Assembly: GCF_036321535.1 (NCBI RefSeq)
Contig: NC_087438.1
Location: 12,712,001 to 12,776,000, forward strand
DNA from: Camelus dromedarius
Lineage: Eukaryota
Length of the DNA stretch: 64,000 bases
Reading direction: 5' to 3'
Made by a program: the position numbers and the translations under genes. Position 1 is the stretch's first letter; every line of letters starts with the position of its first letter. Below the pieces are notes generated by a model that made no database searches, was not told where the DNA came from, and was given only the letters and a program-made list of their open reading frames with translations. Of the stretch, positions 1 to 13,672 are shown one piece after another.

Positions 1-119
1 CAAAGATCATCTTTATCTTAAAATTAATCATATTAGTTTAGCACAAAATGACCTTTTCTCCTTCTAAACGCCTATTGCTCTGATTTTTTAAAAATTTCCA
101 ATGGAATTTGGTGAGTTAA

Positions 120-1050
120 TGCCTGTTCACTCTCAGATCCAAATTCTACCCTTTCTCTGTTACGTTCTGTATCTCAGAGAGCTGGTCTTTGCCAGTATGT
201 TTGCCAGTCTCCCTTCGCAAATGGCTTTCCTCCATGTTAGGTCAATGGGAGGCACTGGAGGGAGACTAGAAAGTGAGGGGAAGCTGGAAGCCAGTTACAA
301 ATCCTAATATGCTTGTCTGGGTTGCTGACACCTTAGTTTTGCTATGAGAGCTACTGAGAAGACAAATGGGGCACCATAGCCATAATCTCAACAGATAGCA
401 AAGATGACTTCCTGGAAAGACCACGGTAGCCGGCCCAGAGTTGACACAGTCCCTAATCAATTAGCCCAGACGCCATCATCCAATCCACAGCACACAAATA
501 TTTCAATTTCCTAGTATGGACATACTGGTATTTTTAAAAGTTATTTGTACTTTTTACAAATATAGAAAGGGATTGCTATTTTCCGTCCTAAGACTCAGCT
601 CCTAGAGTGTTATTTCTCTGTTGTAGCAAGTTCACTGCCTGGAAGCAAACTTCCTACGTGCTGTTCTTTGGTTCCAGGGTCTTACTTTCTGTTTTCCCTC
701 TGTAGTCTCTCCCACGTGTTTCAGGCAATGACTTCTCTGGGGCCCTAGCTTCCTCTAGAAAATCCATCTCATGATCCCAGCCTTACCAAGCATCCCTCGC
801 ATAGGGCTGGTTCTCCCCAGGTGGCCCTGAGCCAGGCCACTGGGCTGTGGCAGTATCATTGCAGCATTCCCATGTCCTTCCAGACCTAGAGAGAGCAGTG
901 GTCGCTGCTGATCTTTGGCATGCCTCAGTGTTCCCTGTCTGGTCTGTAAGTTTTTGCAATTAGTAATTGTAATGAATTTTCCCAAGTCAAATTTATTCTA
1001 TGAAACTTCTTGGCATCATCTCTATTTTCGTTGACTACACTTTAACTGAT
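120..1050. mobile_element. Old ERVL-type LTR (LTR33/LTR16-like), degraded
   Basis: Motif gtcaatgggaggcactggagggagact near 241-267 and an LTR-like end (..ttaactgatag) near 1050. Family and extent uncertain. Confidence 0.4.
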
Positions 1051-2230
1051 AGAATGACTTAATAGAAAAAAATTCTGTATTCAGCAAAGAAAGCACTTTA
1101 AAAACAATTCCAAACTTGGGGTTTATTAACTATGCCTTTGAGCAACTAATTTCACCTCTGTGAACCTTGATCTTTTCTTTTTTAATATGGAGTTGCCTAT
1201 CTTATTAATATATGAGAATTAAATATTAAAATGGATATGAGAGTACTCTGTAAAGTGCTGAGCAGATATAAATCTCTACACTCCTCATTTGTTATTCACG
1301 TTGTTCATCTTTTAGTGAACTTGTTTCCTATATTCATAAACAGGTGCTCAACTTTATAAGGGCATCCCTTATCTTGCGTCCCTTTGTATAAGCTCTCAGT
1401 GATGTAATACATTATTGTTGCTCCATGTATCATAGTAGTTCAATAAATATAATTGAAACATCACTAATAGAACGTATAGCAATGTTTTCTAACAAATGCA
1501 GTTCCTATACTTTCAAATGTGTCCCAAAGAAACCATCAATGTGTAATGTATACATAGTGGATTTGAAACCACATCCTAAGGAACAGGCTTTACTTCAGCT
1601 ACTTCTGTAACTTGAGACAAGACACAATGAGAGAAGAAAGGTTTTCTGACCAGTGGAAAGATTTTTTTTTAGGTTACCCTCAAAAGATATTATTTTTTTT
1701 CCCCCTGATTTTGAAGTTATGGCAAAAACAAAACAACAGTAGAATTCCTTCATTGACGGTCATGGCAGAAGGAATTAGCAAAACACATTTGCCTTCCAAG
1801 GAAGTTACTCAGGAGTGTCATACCTCCTGGCGTTCCAGCTTGGTACAGATTTTCTAATTGTAATTAAAACAGAGAAAGGCAGCAGCAAAAGAAACAGAAA
1901 TAGAAAGCTAGAGCTATTGGTGGTTGAGGCAGAAAGCATACACTTTAAGAATTGGACTTTGAGCAAATTCAGACAGATAAAACAGCATGCAGTCAGTATA
2001 CTGATTTAATACAAGGAAGTGATTAGTTTGGTATGAAGGAGCGAAGGAAGCAGAAATAGGCAGCAAGAGGCAGAGAACAGGCCCATCCCTTGGAAAGGAG
2101 ACTTTCACACAAATGATTCTTTCTAGGTAACGACACTGACTTTTGACTTTTGGCAAGAGGTCATTAACACCAGAACCACACTGTAACTATTCTCATGTAT
2201 TATTTACAATTAAAAATAGCAGCATATCTT

Positions 2231-2704
2231 TATTTATTTATATTTAAGTATATTTGATTTATTATGTGTTAGTTTCAGGTGTACAGCAAAGTGATTCAGT
2301 TATACATATATATCTATATTTACATTCTTTTTCAGATTATTTTCTATTATAGGTTATTATAAGATATTGAATCTCATGCCCTGCACTATACAGTAGGTCT
2401 TTATTGTTTATCTATTTTATATATAGTAGTGTGTATATATTAATCCCAAATTCCTAATTTATCCCTCCCCCTCACCCCTTTCTGCTTTGGTAACCATAGT
2501 TTGTTTTCTGTCCGTGAGTATATTTCTGGTTTGTAAATAAGTTCATTTGTATCTTTTTTTTCCCCAGATTCCACATATAAGTGATAATGATATTTGTCTT
2601 TCTCTGTCTGACTTACTTCACTTAATGTGATAATCTGTAGGTCCATCCATGTTGCTGCAAGTGGCATTATTTTATTCATTTTTTATGGATGAGTAATATT
2701 CCAT

Positions 2705-2735
<31 letters not shown>

Positions 2736-2796
2736 ATACATCTTCTTTGTCCATTCATCTGTTGATAGACATTTAAGTGGCTCCAATGTCTTGGCT
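2231..2796 (-). mobile_element. 5'-truncated LINE-1 3' end with perfect 18-bp TSD
   Basis: L1 ORF2 C-terminus-like translation (IMPLAATWMDLQIITLSEVSQTEKDKYH). TSD aaaatagcagcatatctt at 2213-2230 and 2797-2814. Internal (TG)n near 2711-2735. Confidence 0.9.
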
Positions 2797-5700
2797 AAAA
2801 TAGCAGCATATCTTAAATGATGTGGACATAATATATTCCAAGCTTTCATTCAGTTCTCAATCATCTTACTGTGTCTACAAGATTTCATGTTAAATAGCCC
2901 ATTAAGGGATAGTTTTGATTAGGATCTTGGCATGATAGCTCTGACTAATGTTGCAAACCTTGTTCTCAGAAGACCTTTTACAGAAACACTTTTACATTTT
3001 ATATTTTTGGCCATTTCAGTTGTGCGTGACTTCTTAAAATTTCTGAGGATGTAGTTTAGTGCCCATTTATATGGTTTTTACATGTCTATGTGTGAATGCA
3101 TATCTATCCTTAGATACTTTCTGCAAACTCTTTCCTGAGCTAATGGCCTTTGTGCATGTGGTGGCTGTTAAGTCACGCCTTTAGGAGATGCATGTTCCTC
3201 CTTTAATGGTTACTTTTCTTTTCCCAACCAGAGAAAATCCAGTGGGGGCAAAGTGATTAAAAAATAAAAATAACAACTATTGATAATTTTGTAACTTTCT
3301 AATTTAACCCTTGGTTAAGATCAACATACGTTCCTGGAATTTGAGGAAAATGAATGGAATTTTAGCTTTCTCTTCATTACCACCAATGATTTAATAAAAT
3401 CATTTTCCCTTGTAGCTAGGAGAAGCCAATATTTATAACTCAAAAGAGGTGATATAGCACTAGGTTTATTTCCAGATTTATCACAAACATAAGGAACTGT
3501 GGTTACTGTTAAAAATAGGTTGGTTGAGGCTTGAAGTGTAATTAATTGAATGAAAAAATATATCATTTTCCACAGCCTTTTGACTAAATATGTCTTATAG
3601 GGTATCGGTAAGATCATCAGTTTAAGACTTGCAAAATTAAAGGGTTTCCTGCTTACTGAGAAGTCTTCATAAGTCTTTCAGGCTTCTATTTCTTTTTTGA
3701 TAAAGTCTATCTGCCTAAACTTTATTTCCTATCTAAAGAATTTTTCCCATTAGGTTCAAAAATCACTACTTTGCCCTTTGGGAAAGGGGATTGTTCTTTT
3801 AAGTATATTTTAATAAACTACCATAATAAGATCTGCATAATAAAGTTATATTAAAATATTACTTGGAACCACTATTTTGAATAAAATATTTAACTTAATT
3901 ATGCAATGGTTAAAGCAGGAATTTAGACGTAAATTTATTTTGGATTTGGCTGTATTTCCAACAACATGAACTTCAAGAGCCTCTCTAACCTTGATTTCCA
4001 GTTGAAAATAAAACAGACAAACAAAAATATGAATAACAAAAATTTCATAGTACCAGTTGCTTCACTTACTTGGTGTTAATTGGTTTGATTAATTCAGTTT
4101 TACTTAACTAACATTTTAATCATGCTGACTCAAAATACAATTTGTATTGTTACAGTATAGCAACAGCCTCTTTCTCTGTTTATCCTAATTCAAACATGCA
4201 CATATGTTATGTTAGCCATCTTTTAATGGCCAAACAGTACTACTGAAGACATTTAAATTTTCTTCTTAGCGTCCTCTCTGCTGATGCTTGTAAAATCATT
4301 TGGGTACAGTCATTCTTATTGGCTACAAGCTAATTTGAACCAATCAATACAAATCAGGGCTCATATGATTTTTTCTGCTTTTTAGAGTTGATACAGATGA
4401 TTTGTCAGTCCCTGAAAATTTCATAGGGACCTTTTACCAAATTTAGGGCAGCTCTGATCCTGACATTTTCTTGCTCCAAAGTCTTTAAAGGTTTCATGTT
4501 GCTATGGAAACGAGACATAAATTTCTCAGTCAGGAATGCATGACCATGGTTCCAGAGGAAGACCTCATTCATAGTTTGCTGCCCTATCCCCCCCACTTTC
4601 CCATGCTCCAGACCAATAAGAGGACTCCACTTTCCCCAACACACTTCCTCCATTTCCTTAACACAACTCTCTTTAAGTAGTTTACATAACTTCCACGGAT
4701 TATCCTCAATTTCCAGTTCTCCTTGTAAATATTTTCTGATCTCTGAAATGAGATATAATTATATTTACCTTTGAATTCCATAATGTGCTGATTTAATTGT
4801 TGGGGATCCTTATTGTCCCTGGAATTTACAGCTATTTATGTACACACATTGTAGCATCTTGAGGACAGGCATTGTGCCTTTCTCATGCTGGTATTCCTTT
4901 TGTGTTTATCACAATGTTTTGCACATAATAAGTGGGAAAATCCTAAGCCTGAATGTCAGGATATGCGGAGGCCAGTTCTACTCTGTAACTATGCTAAAGG
5001 TTAATGTGGATGAAGATGTCAGGGTAACTGTTTTTGCTTAGAGTAATTGTGGAGGTCACAACAAAAGATAGAAACTTTGAGAAGGAGCCCACACATTTTG
5101 CCACAAGGAGCAAAGAAGGCTATTTTCCTGGTAGAGATAGGAAAGTATACAGATGAACTTATGACGTTAGGAAAGGGAGGGTCATTTTAGTTGAAGCATA
5201 GATTTTGTGAAAAGATGTGGATTATGGGAGATGAGATCAAAATGGCAATTTGGGGTCAACTGTGAAGGTTATATACGGTGAATCAAATTTGGAATTCAAC
5301 CTCAAGTCAACAGGGGTGAGATAGAGGTCTGAAAAGTGGGTATGTGATTGCAACAGATTTGTTTTTTGGTGAGATGTGAATTCTGGCAGCAGTGTGGCAG
5401 AGAAAGCAGTGTCTATGGCACTGGGTCTTCAGCCAGAATCTGCAGTTGACAATTGCCATTCAATATATGTTTCCTGGTAAAACACAATGGCATAGCAGCT
5501 AATTAAATTAGCACCTGTAATCACCTGGAAGGACACACCCACTGACTATCAGATTTTAGAAGAGGTCACAGAAGGGCAAAGCGTACCATTTGAGTATATT
5601 GAATATAGTTTGAAACATTGCATTTAATACATAATTTTATAATTCAAAAACAAAAAAGTACCTATGTTTGTATGCAAAAGAAAAACAATATGAGATTTCA

Positions 5701-7709
5701 ATGCTCATAAAAAGGGAGATGTGCCTTCTAAAAGTCTGGGAAAGCAATTTTAGGTGAAGAGGCTTCTTTCAGATCACTTACAGAGCCTTCAGGCTGTAAG
5801 CAGAAGTAGGGTCTCTGTTTCTCAATCAACTTCCTCAATTCCACCAGGCTGGTTCCAAGGGCTGTTTATCAAGATAATTTGAATTTTGGGTCACATCCTC
5901 TGACTCTGCTGCCTTAATCAGCCATCAACCTCTGATACCACTTCTCCTTCCTTCTGTCAACCCTCCTTTTTTGGCTCTCTAGTTCTTAAAATATGTGAAT
6001 CACATACACTTCCAGTTGAAAAGAATGTTTTTTCCTCCTTGAAGAGTGACGTCATTATTCATTTTTTTTTAATGATTCATAACTTCCTTCAGCTAAGTAT
6101 GCCCCTAAAAATTGCTCAACAGATCATTTAGCTGAACCAGTTTTTATCCCAATAAAAGTGGGTTTAAATGATTCCTGCCATGGGGGAGACTGCATTGGTC
6201 CTAGAACACAGAACAGCTGTCTTAGCTGTGAGCTGGAGGTGACAGTGATGGGCCAATCGATGGCCAATAGATGGTGACTTCATGATCTCCAAGTCCTTCA
6301 TCATAACAACTACCAGCCGAACTGTCTTTAAGTTCCTCTGTCTACTTGCTTATAAAATGGATCAGTTCAGGTTAATAGTGAGGGGTGCTCCTCCAGGTTA
6401 CAACTAGGACTTGAAATGTCTCTCATCTAAAGATTAGGAGACCAATTTAAGTCTGATTATCAGAGAGGAGGAAAGACTCTAACTCATCAGTGGGCTCCCA
6501 TAGAAAGAGCTGCTTTCTCTTTGGGAGCTTTTTTATTTTTAGTTATACCTTCCAGTGAAAGTTTGTCCTGTCTGAACGTCTACATCACTGCCAAGCAAAT
6601 GAGATTTGGATACAGCTCCAAGCCTTTAGTTTCTATTTTTACAACAAAATCTGCCCATAGCTGCCTGTTTACATTACTTTCATCCTATCTGGGCTTGACA
6701 AATGCTGTTTATTAGGATTTAAAAAAAAGAGAGAGAGAGATAAGGGGTAGGGATAGGAAGAAGGAAGTATGTCTACAAATTCTGTATCTCTGAAGAATTT
6801 CTGAAGATGTAGGTTTTAAAGACCAGAAAAGTTCTTAGAACTCCAGACCTGTGTTCTCAAGTGAATTTCTTTTCACATTCTTTTAAAAGTCTACTTTTTT
6901 CTAAGTAATGCTCAGTTTTCATTAAAATGTAAATCAATAGATTTCTATATGCAGGGGATTATTTCATGTGTCTTTTGTTAACTTCAGATTTCATAAGAAC
7001 TTTGAAGAGTTCAGTTTTATGATCATGACCGAATTTTAGTTTTTTATTAAGTAGTCAGAGCTACGAATTCTGTGGGAATTTGTGATTTGGGGGATATAGA
7101 AAGTTAATTTTTATATAGTCATAATAACTATGTGCTTTTTTTTTTGGTGTGCCATAATCCTTTAGAGGACAAGTAAATGTTAAATGACAGCAATAGAAAA
7201 ATAATTTGTTAGGTGGCAATTTTTACTGTAAAAGAGAATATATTCTCCTTGCCATGGACAATTCAGTTGTTATTGTGCTGAGGGTTCGGGATATTAAACT
7301 AGTAAGTTAGCAAGTAATGAGTCAATAATTTTTGTTATTTTTGTTTCTGATTAGTTTATTTTCTTACATTAGTCAAGGTAAAATGCATATGTGCACGTGC
7401 ATGCACACAGCTGCCTCTACCAGTAAGTTCCAAGCAAATAAACCATATATATGCGGTAAACTGTATTGACTGGTGCACAGAAGATAGTGCCAAAATCCAG
7501 TTTCTAGGAACCAGTAGCTAGGAAACAGGAAACAGCTATTCTTGTCCTCAAACTTATGTAATCACAGTCTCTTTCCTGGTCACCCAGATGTGAATTTCCA
7601 ATCTTTTCTTTGACATTTCATACTAATGTCATGTCACAACCTCAGACTTTCATATAATTGAGAAATAACTTATGTTTATTTCTTGTTCATATATTATTAT
7701 GAATCATCA

Positions 7710-8210
7710 TGTGATGGCATCTTCAAAGATGGCCACCAAAGATTTCTTCACCCTTGGTACACATTTATCACTCCTCACATCAAGAGGTCGAGCCTACTTG
7801 CCCTCTCTGAATCTGTGCTCCTTTTGACTGGCTTTGACTATCAGAATGCAGCAGAAGTGAAATTCTACCTCAGGATGCAAGAGGTCCATAACTTTTTCTT
7901 CCTGCTTCTTGGAATCCAGCTACCTTCTAGTGAGAAACTCATACCACATAGAGATTCAACATGGAGAAGAATCCTTTGACTGACAGTTCCAGTGACCTCC
8001 TGGGCAACAACCAGGCAATTTTCCAGCATATGAAGGAACCAGACCAGTCAAAACCAGTCGAGACCAGTTGAGACCACTCGAGACCAGTCAAGACCTCAGG
8101 CAATTGCACCTCCATTAGTGATCATGAGAAGGATCTCGTCCCAATGATGAGATCTCTCAGAATCATGAGAAAATAGAGTGGTTGATATTTTGTACCAAAA
8201 AGCTTTTGAG
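7710..8210 (+). mobile_element. MaLR LTR (MLT1-like)
   Basis: Starts tgtgatggc..aaagatggccacc, with MLT1-like internal and terminal motifs. Confidence 0.55.
8041..8095 (+). repeat. 10-bp minisatellite (agaccagtcR), about 5.5 copies
   Basis: agaccagtca aaaccagtcg agaccagttg agaccactcg agaccagtca agacc, read directly. Confidence 0.9.
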
Positions 8211-9499
8211 ACCATTTTTTGAGCAATGAGCACTGCTCTAAGTCAAACACCTGTTTTGTGACATTGGTTCAGCTTTTTAACTGCCTTCATCTCTCCTTTC
8301 ATGGTTTGTAAAATGGGAGGGAGACACCTTACTGAATTAATATGGTTGTTGTGATTCAATAAGACAATGATGGAGAGTTCCTTGTGCAGTGCCTGGCATA
8401 GTGTAGGCAATCAATTTAAGCTTATTTGAGTGAATAGTAATCTTTGCTAAGTTATAAAGAAATGTCCAGTTGGAAAGAAAATAAAATAATGAAATTTTTG
8501 TAATCAGAAAGTGCAAATTTATGTGACAGAATACATCTCAATTCTGCACCTTATTGCCTTGAAAGTAGGCTTCCTTTTTGCCATTGCATTTTGAGTTTCT
8601 TCAGCCAGCTCCCTTTTCATCTTTGCATTCATCTCAACATATTTTCTTCTATGAATTCCCACTCCAGTTTTATGTAACACATCTATTCTTGTATCTTAGT
8701 GAGAACACTGAGAGGATATTCTCTTACTAATTCTTCAGCTTGCAATAATTTTTTCAGATGTATTCTCCTTTTCCATTAGGTGCAGGATTTTTCACAGACC
8801 TCAAACATAATTGTTCATTTATTAATTCAACAAACATTTAGTGTGCACCCACTGTATGCTGGTCACTAATTAGATTTAATTTCCTGCTGCACACACCTAA
8901 TCTCTCACTAGCCATCCATTCTATTTTTCAGATCAAGGTAAATTATACTAAGAATATAATTTGTAACAAACTGTAGCCCATGAGTCACATCTGGCCCACT
9001 ATCTGTTTTTGTCAATAAAGTTTTATTGGAACAGAGGCACATTTATTTGTTACATATAACTTTAAGTGTAATTTGAATGTCAGATGACAGTGAGCCCCCA
9101 TCCTCCAAATTGGCAAAAAAATAGGTGAACAAAATGGTGCAAAAAGAATGAACCTTGCAAAGTATTCCACCTTGATCCTTTTCTCCATTGTCCATCATGC
9201 ACCATTCTCCTTTGGTGACTGCAGTAAACATTTATGATATTCTATTTCAAGTATCCTGTATTTTCTTTCAATATTTTATGGCCATACTAAATTTATTTTT
9301 TTCAACTTGTTTTTTTATTAGCTCACATAAACTTGTTCTCATTGTTCAACTTATGTGTTCTATTTACAAAATTATTTGGCTATCTTATATTGGATGAAAT
9401 ATATCATACTTCTTTCCATTAAGATAAATGGAACATTTTTTATTTGGTGTTTTTTTACTTGGTGGCAGAGATTTCAGAAATAAATCAAGGTGCGCTACT

Positions 9500-9750
9500 G
9501 AGGGATATGAATATTGCATTGGTGTTAAACACATAGACTCTGGAGTCAGATTTCTAAATTTGAATCCCAGACTTTCTACTCAGAAATTATCCCCTTTTCT
9601 GAACTGAGTTAGTTATCCTTTCTCTGCTTCAGTTGTTTCATCTGTAAAAAAATGGAAAATATCTCATAGAGTTGTGACAAATGAGATCATACACATAAAT
9701 TTTTGGCAATGTTTGATACACAGTAATCATTGGACAAATATTAGTTTAAA
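9500..9750 (+). mobile_element. MIR SINE
   Basis: actctggagtcaga..tttgaatcccag..cttcagttgtttcatctgtaaaa core. Confidence 0.7.
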
Positions 9751-10779
9751 ACAACTCATTTAGGTGAAAATGTACCATTAGTAAAGAGAACATGATTAAA
9801 TTTATAACCTAGAATAAAATATATTTTTTATTATTTAGAAATCCTATGAAGACTTGAATGTTGCTGTTCACATGGTGTCTACTTTCTCTCATTGGAGGCT
9901 TGCAGTGAGTTCATAGCCCTGATGACATTTTTTTGGTTGTAGAATGTGTACATTTACACTCAAAATTGTAGAAACTAACCAGGCTGGTACTGGAAGAAAT
10001 CTTAGACAGACTATTTAGACTACTATTTAGTTCTCATTTTAAAGATCGGTAAATGGAGACTCAAGGTTCAATGACTGACCTAAACTCACAAAGGTATTTG
10101 GTATCAGAACTTGGATGAAATGTATGTCTTTCATCTGCCTAAGTCTAATTCTAAATGTTACTTATCATGACAAGAGGGAAATCAGTGAAGAATATGGCAC
10201 TTTCAAAATTTTAGACTAAAGAAATGAACCTAAGCTTTCACTAGAGACAAATGTCTCTGTGATATTTTAAATGACATTTATTTATTTATTTTCGTTTTTG
10301 GGGATCTAATGGCTAATCTATCTCTTTTGAAGGGAAAAAGTGGCCAGCTTCTTACTGTTTTCCTATAATCTTTTTTTTTTTTTCTCTTTCATCTCCTTCC
10401 TTTGTTCTCTGTTGCTTGCTTTGTAAGGCATGTCATTAATAGTTGGTATGGGTTCTAGATTTAAGAGAGAATCATCATGGGCAGGTCAAGGAACTGAAAA
10501 TCTCAGTGTTTAGGAAGCCAATTTTTAATCAAGTGGGAAAAATCAAAACACATTTGAACTTAAAGATGTCTAAATTTTTTGTCTCATTGATTTGATTTTG
10601 AGAAATTTGATGAGCTGAAAATGGAATACGAATGGTTCATTGGATTTGGGTAGAACTGTATTTGTTGTCTGAGATGACTTCTCTTTCACTTAAATTGTTT
10701 TCAACTCTAGAAAATTTATACAGGAAAGAAAGCAGTTGACTATGTAGGATCATTGGAACTAACCTGCAAATTAACACCT

Positions 10780-11210
10780 GTATCTCTCAGCATGGATGTT
10801 GCAAATAATAACTCCCACTCTAGCTGGTTAAAGCAGGAGGGGATTTATTGGAGGGTACAGGGCAGCTTAGGTAATTTCCAGGAGTGCCAGATAAACAAGC
10901 TTGTATGCGACACCAGGACATGGGACTCTTCAGGTGGAAATCCACTGCGAAGACTGTGACTGCTTGACACTCGTGAAAGTAGGGACTGAACCTTAAAAAT
11001 CCTCTGTTGTTACTGCCACAGAAGACCACAGGTAACCCTGAGGTTCATACTGCGGGCCTCCATCTTCTGAATCTCAGTGGCTGTGTCTGCCAGTATATGT
11101 TGGTTCCTATGTAGAATCCTCACTTCAGGGGAGACTGAAATCCTCCAGGCTCTGATTTATATAGGGAGGCATGCCATAAAGAGATTGAGATGGGATTGAC
11201 CCCAGCATTG
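10780..11210. mobile_element. Old MaLR LTR (MLT1-like)
   Basis: gttgcaaataataactcccactctagctggttaaagcaggaggggatttattggagg resembles MLT1 terminal sequence. Confidence 0.5.
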
Positions 11211-11497
11211 TTGAGGTTGCTTAAAAGTGGGACAATAACTCTTATATTTTGTCTGGAAAGGAGAATGGGCCCTAAGCATCCCCTATATCCTCTGTGACTA
11301 TGTTAGCATGGACAGGTTTATTAGAACATACATTATTTTGGAAGGGGGAAGTGATGGAGAAACTAAGAAAATACACTTTGTATAAAATATACTTTGAATG
11401 GGAATAGGAGAAAAAATCTAAGTTGAATTATATAACTTGGTTCATATTCAACCAATTCTACTTTAATTCTAGATGACTCTGATGCGAGGTTAGAATA

Positions 11498-12552
11498 CAC
11501 GCAGTCCTTAGTTTGCATATCTCCAATACGCACAAGTTTCAGTTGCCACAATCTTGTTGAATAATACAACATGGTTCAAATTTCAATTACTATGGTGTGT
11601 TAACTGCGTGTCGTTGCGTAAAGTATAAACTTCACCCCTAACTCTTCGGTCTGCAAATCACTAGTAAATAACAGATGTGTGTCCTGATCAATGACCAATC
11701 ATATCACCTGTAAAGTCTGTTGGCGATTGGCTGCTGGGCACCAGTTATTTGTTTCACATACCGAGAGCAGAGCGTGCAGTCATGTTGCTTCCTTCTGTGA
11801 CAAACCTACGTGACATTTCACGAAGGCAGACAGTGGGAAGAGGAAACTGGCCAACAAATATGAAAGCCCAGGGGAGAAACAAAAAGTGATGACTCTGAGA
11901 GTGAAATTCACATTGAAAGTAGATGGAGCTATAGAAGGACCAGCTGAACATGGAAACGCTGACATCCCCACCATTTGAGAGACTCTAGATGAGCAGCCCG
12001 AGGAATGTGGTGATGAAGAACTTACTGACAGGGATGAGGAAAGTAGCCTGATGAAAAGGATGGGGATGTCTCAAAGGAAGTGATGCGGGCAAAAAACTTC
12101 ACATTAGAGGAATTTTTGTAGATATCTCATGACATGAAAATGTAAAGGAAGAAATGTTGAAAGCTAATATAAATTTAGAAAAGAGTATGACAATTCACCA
12201 AGGCACAGAAGAAATGATTACTCCATACTGTGAACCATATGATAAGGAAAAGGCAATGGAGGTTCAAACCACCCTTGAGAAGTTTTTGTTCTTGTTGTAA
12301 AGAAATAAAACATTTTACTCTTCATGTTTCTAATGTTTCCAATTATTGTGCATTAAATAAATATTAGTTTTACTATTTTTCATTTTCATATACATTTTTA
12401 ACCCACAGAACATTTTAAATATTTTGACACAAATTTTTAAAGGTTATGGAAATTGGTAATTTCCCCACTGATTGGTGAGATCTCATTGTGGGGTTTCAGC
12501 TTGCCTAGTTATCTATATGCTCCATACTACCATGCAGAAAGAGGACTGTCTA
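11498..12552. mobile_element. TcMar-Tigger DNA transposon (Tigger6-like) with terminal inverted repeats
   Basis: Ends cacgcagtcct.. and ..gaggactgtct are inverted copies, with TA at the left end. Decayed transposase-like text inside (ORF 11780-11974 region). Confidence 0.7.
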
Positions 12553-12957
12553 CTTAAAATGAGAGCATGCGAACATTTCAGGTTCCCACCTAGAAAGACA
12601 GCACTTCCTGGCTAAGAGGTGTATTGTAGTTTAAGACTCAATCTTGAAAATCATGGAGTCACTGCTTGTCCAAAGAGCCGTGAAATACAAATTAGAAAAA
12701 AGAAAACTGTGCTCATTATGATGTTGTCAATGGAGATGGCATCCATCGAGATAGAGCGCTGTTGTGCAGTGCACAGGACGGTGACGTATGGGTGGTCTGG
12801 GCTAGCTTCAGGGAATCTCAATCCAGGTTACAAAAATAACAACACAGGTAGCTGGATCACAGGAGCTGAGGAGAGGAATCTATCACTATCAACAGAGCAG
12901 GAATGGAAAGCTTCAAGGTGGACATAGCTGTTCACCAGTGTCATGAAGGTTAAACAT

Positions 12958-13180
12958 CAGGGCCGGAATTAGGGGGAGGCAAAGAGGGACAAGTCATGAG
13001 AATGCGGGGTCAGATCCAGTCTTCATTTACATTTTTGATGTTTTATTCATCACAAATTTTTTTGCATTAATTTTGATTTTTAAAAATATTGCAACTGAAT
13101 GTCATTTAGTTTGATTACTGAGTTTTTTGGGGAACTTCCTCCACATTTTGTGAGAGCCTCACTAACTTCATTGTATTCCT
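12958..13180. mobile_element. hAT-Blackjack family MITE (MER81/MER94-like)
   Basis: Starts cagggccggaattagggggaggcaa. Confidence 0.5.
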
Positions 13181-13484
13181 CACCATAGAATTTGTGAGGC
13201 AACTTTATACCTGCAAATGCTGATTTTCCATAAAAAGCAAAGAAAGTAGCATGGCCAGGATTTCAGGGACTGGGGAGAGAGAATTCCATTATTTTTCCTG
13301 ATGTGCTTTGTTGCTATGAATTTAAAACACAGGCAGTGTTCATAGTTCAGTTTTTGCTACAAGTGACAGGAAACAGTAATAGTCCTTGAATATCTGTCAG
13401 CACTTGAATATTTGACTATAAGTTTATGACAAGCTAAGTGAGAGTTTTGTTTTATTTAGAAATTCAGATACATCTTGACACCCA

Positions 13485-13672
13485 GGTAGAGTTGCTGGAC
13501 TTGACAAATGAAAAGATGGGTTAACCAGTTAAGCTTGAATTGCGATGAATAACTGATATTTTCTTAGTATAAGCATATTATACAAAGTATTTATAATAGA
13601 CTTACCCTAAAAGTTCATTATTTATCTAAAATTCAAAATTAGCTGTGTCCTGTATTTTATCTGATAACCCTA
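13485..13672. mobile_element. MER53-like hAT MITE
   Basis: tagagttgctgg..ccagttaagcttgaatt.. at one end and ..tcctgtattttatctgataacccta at the other. Confidence 0.6.

Noticed and set aside
8041..8095. CRISPR-like array
   Set aside because: Tandem 10-mers with no spacers, in mammalian DNA.
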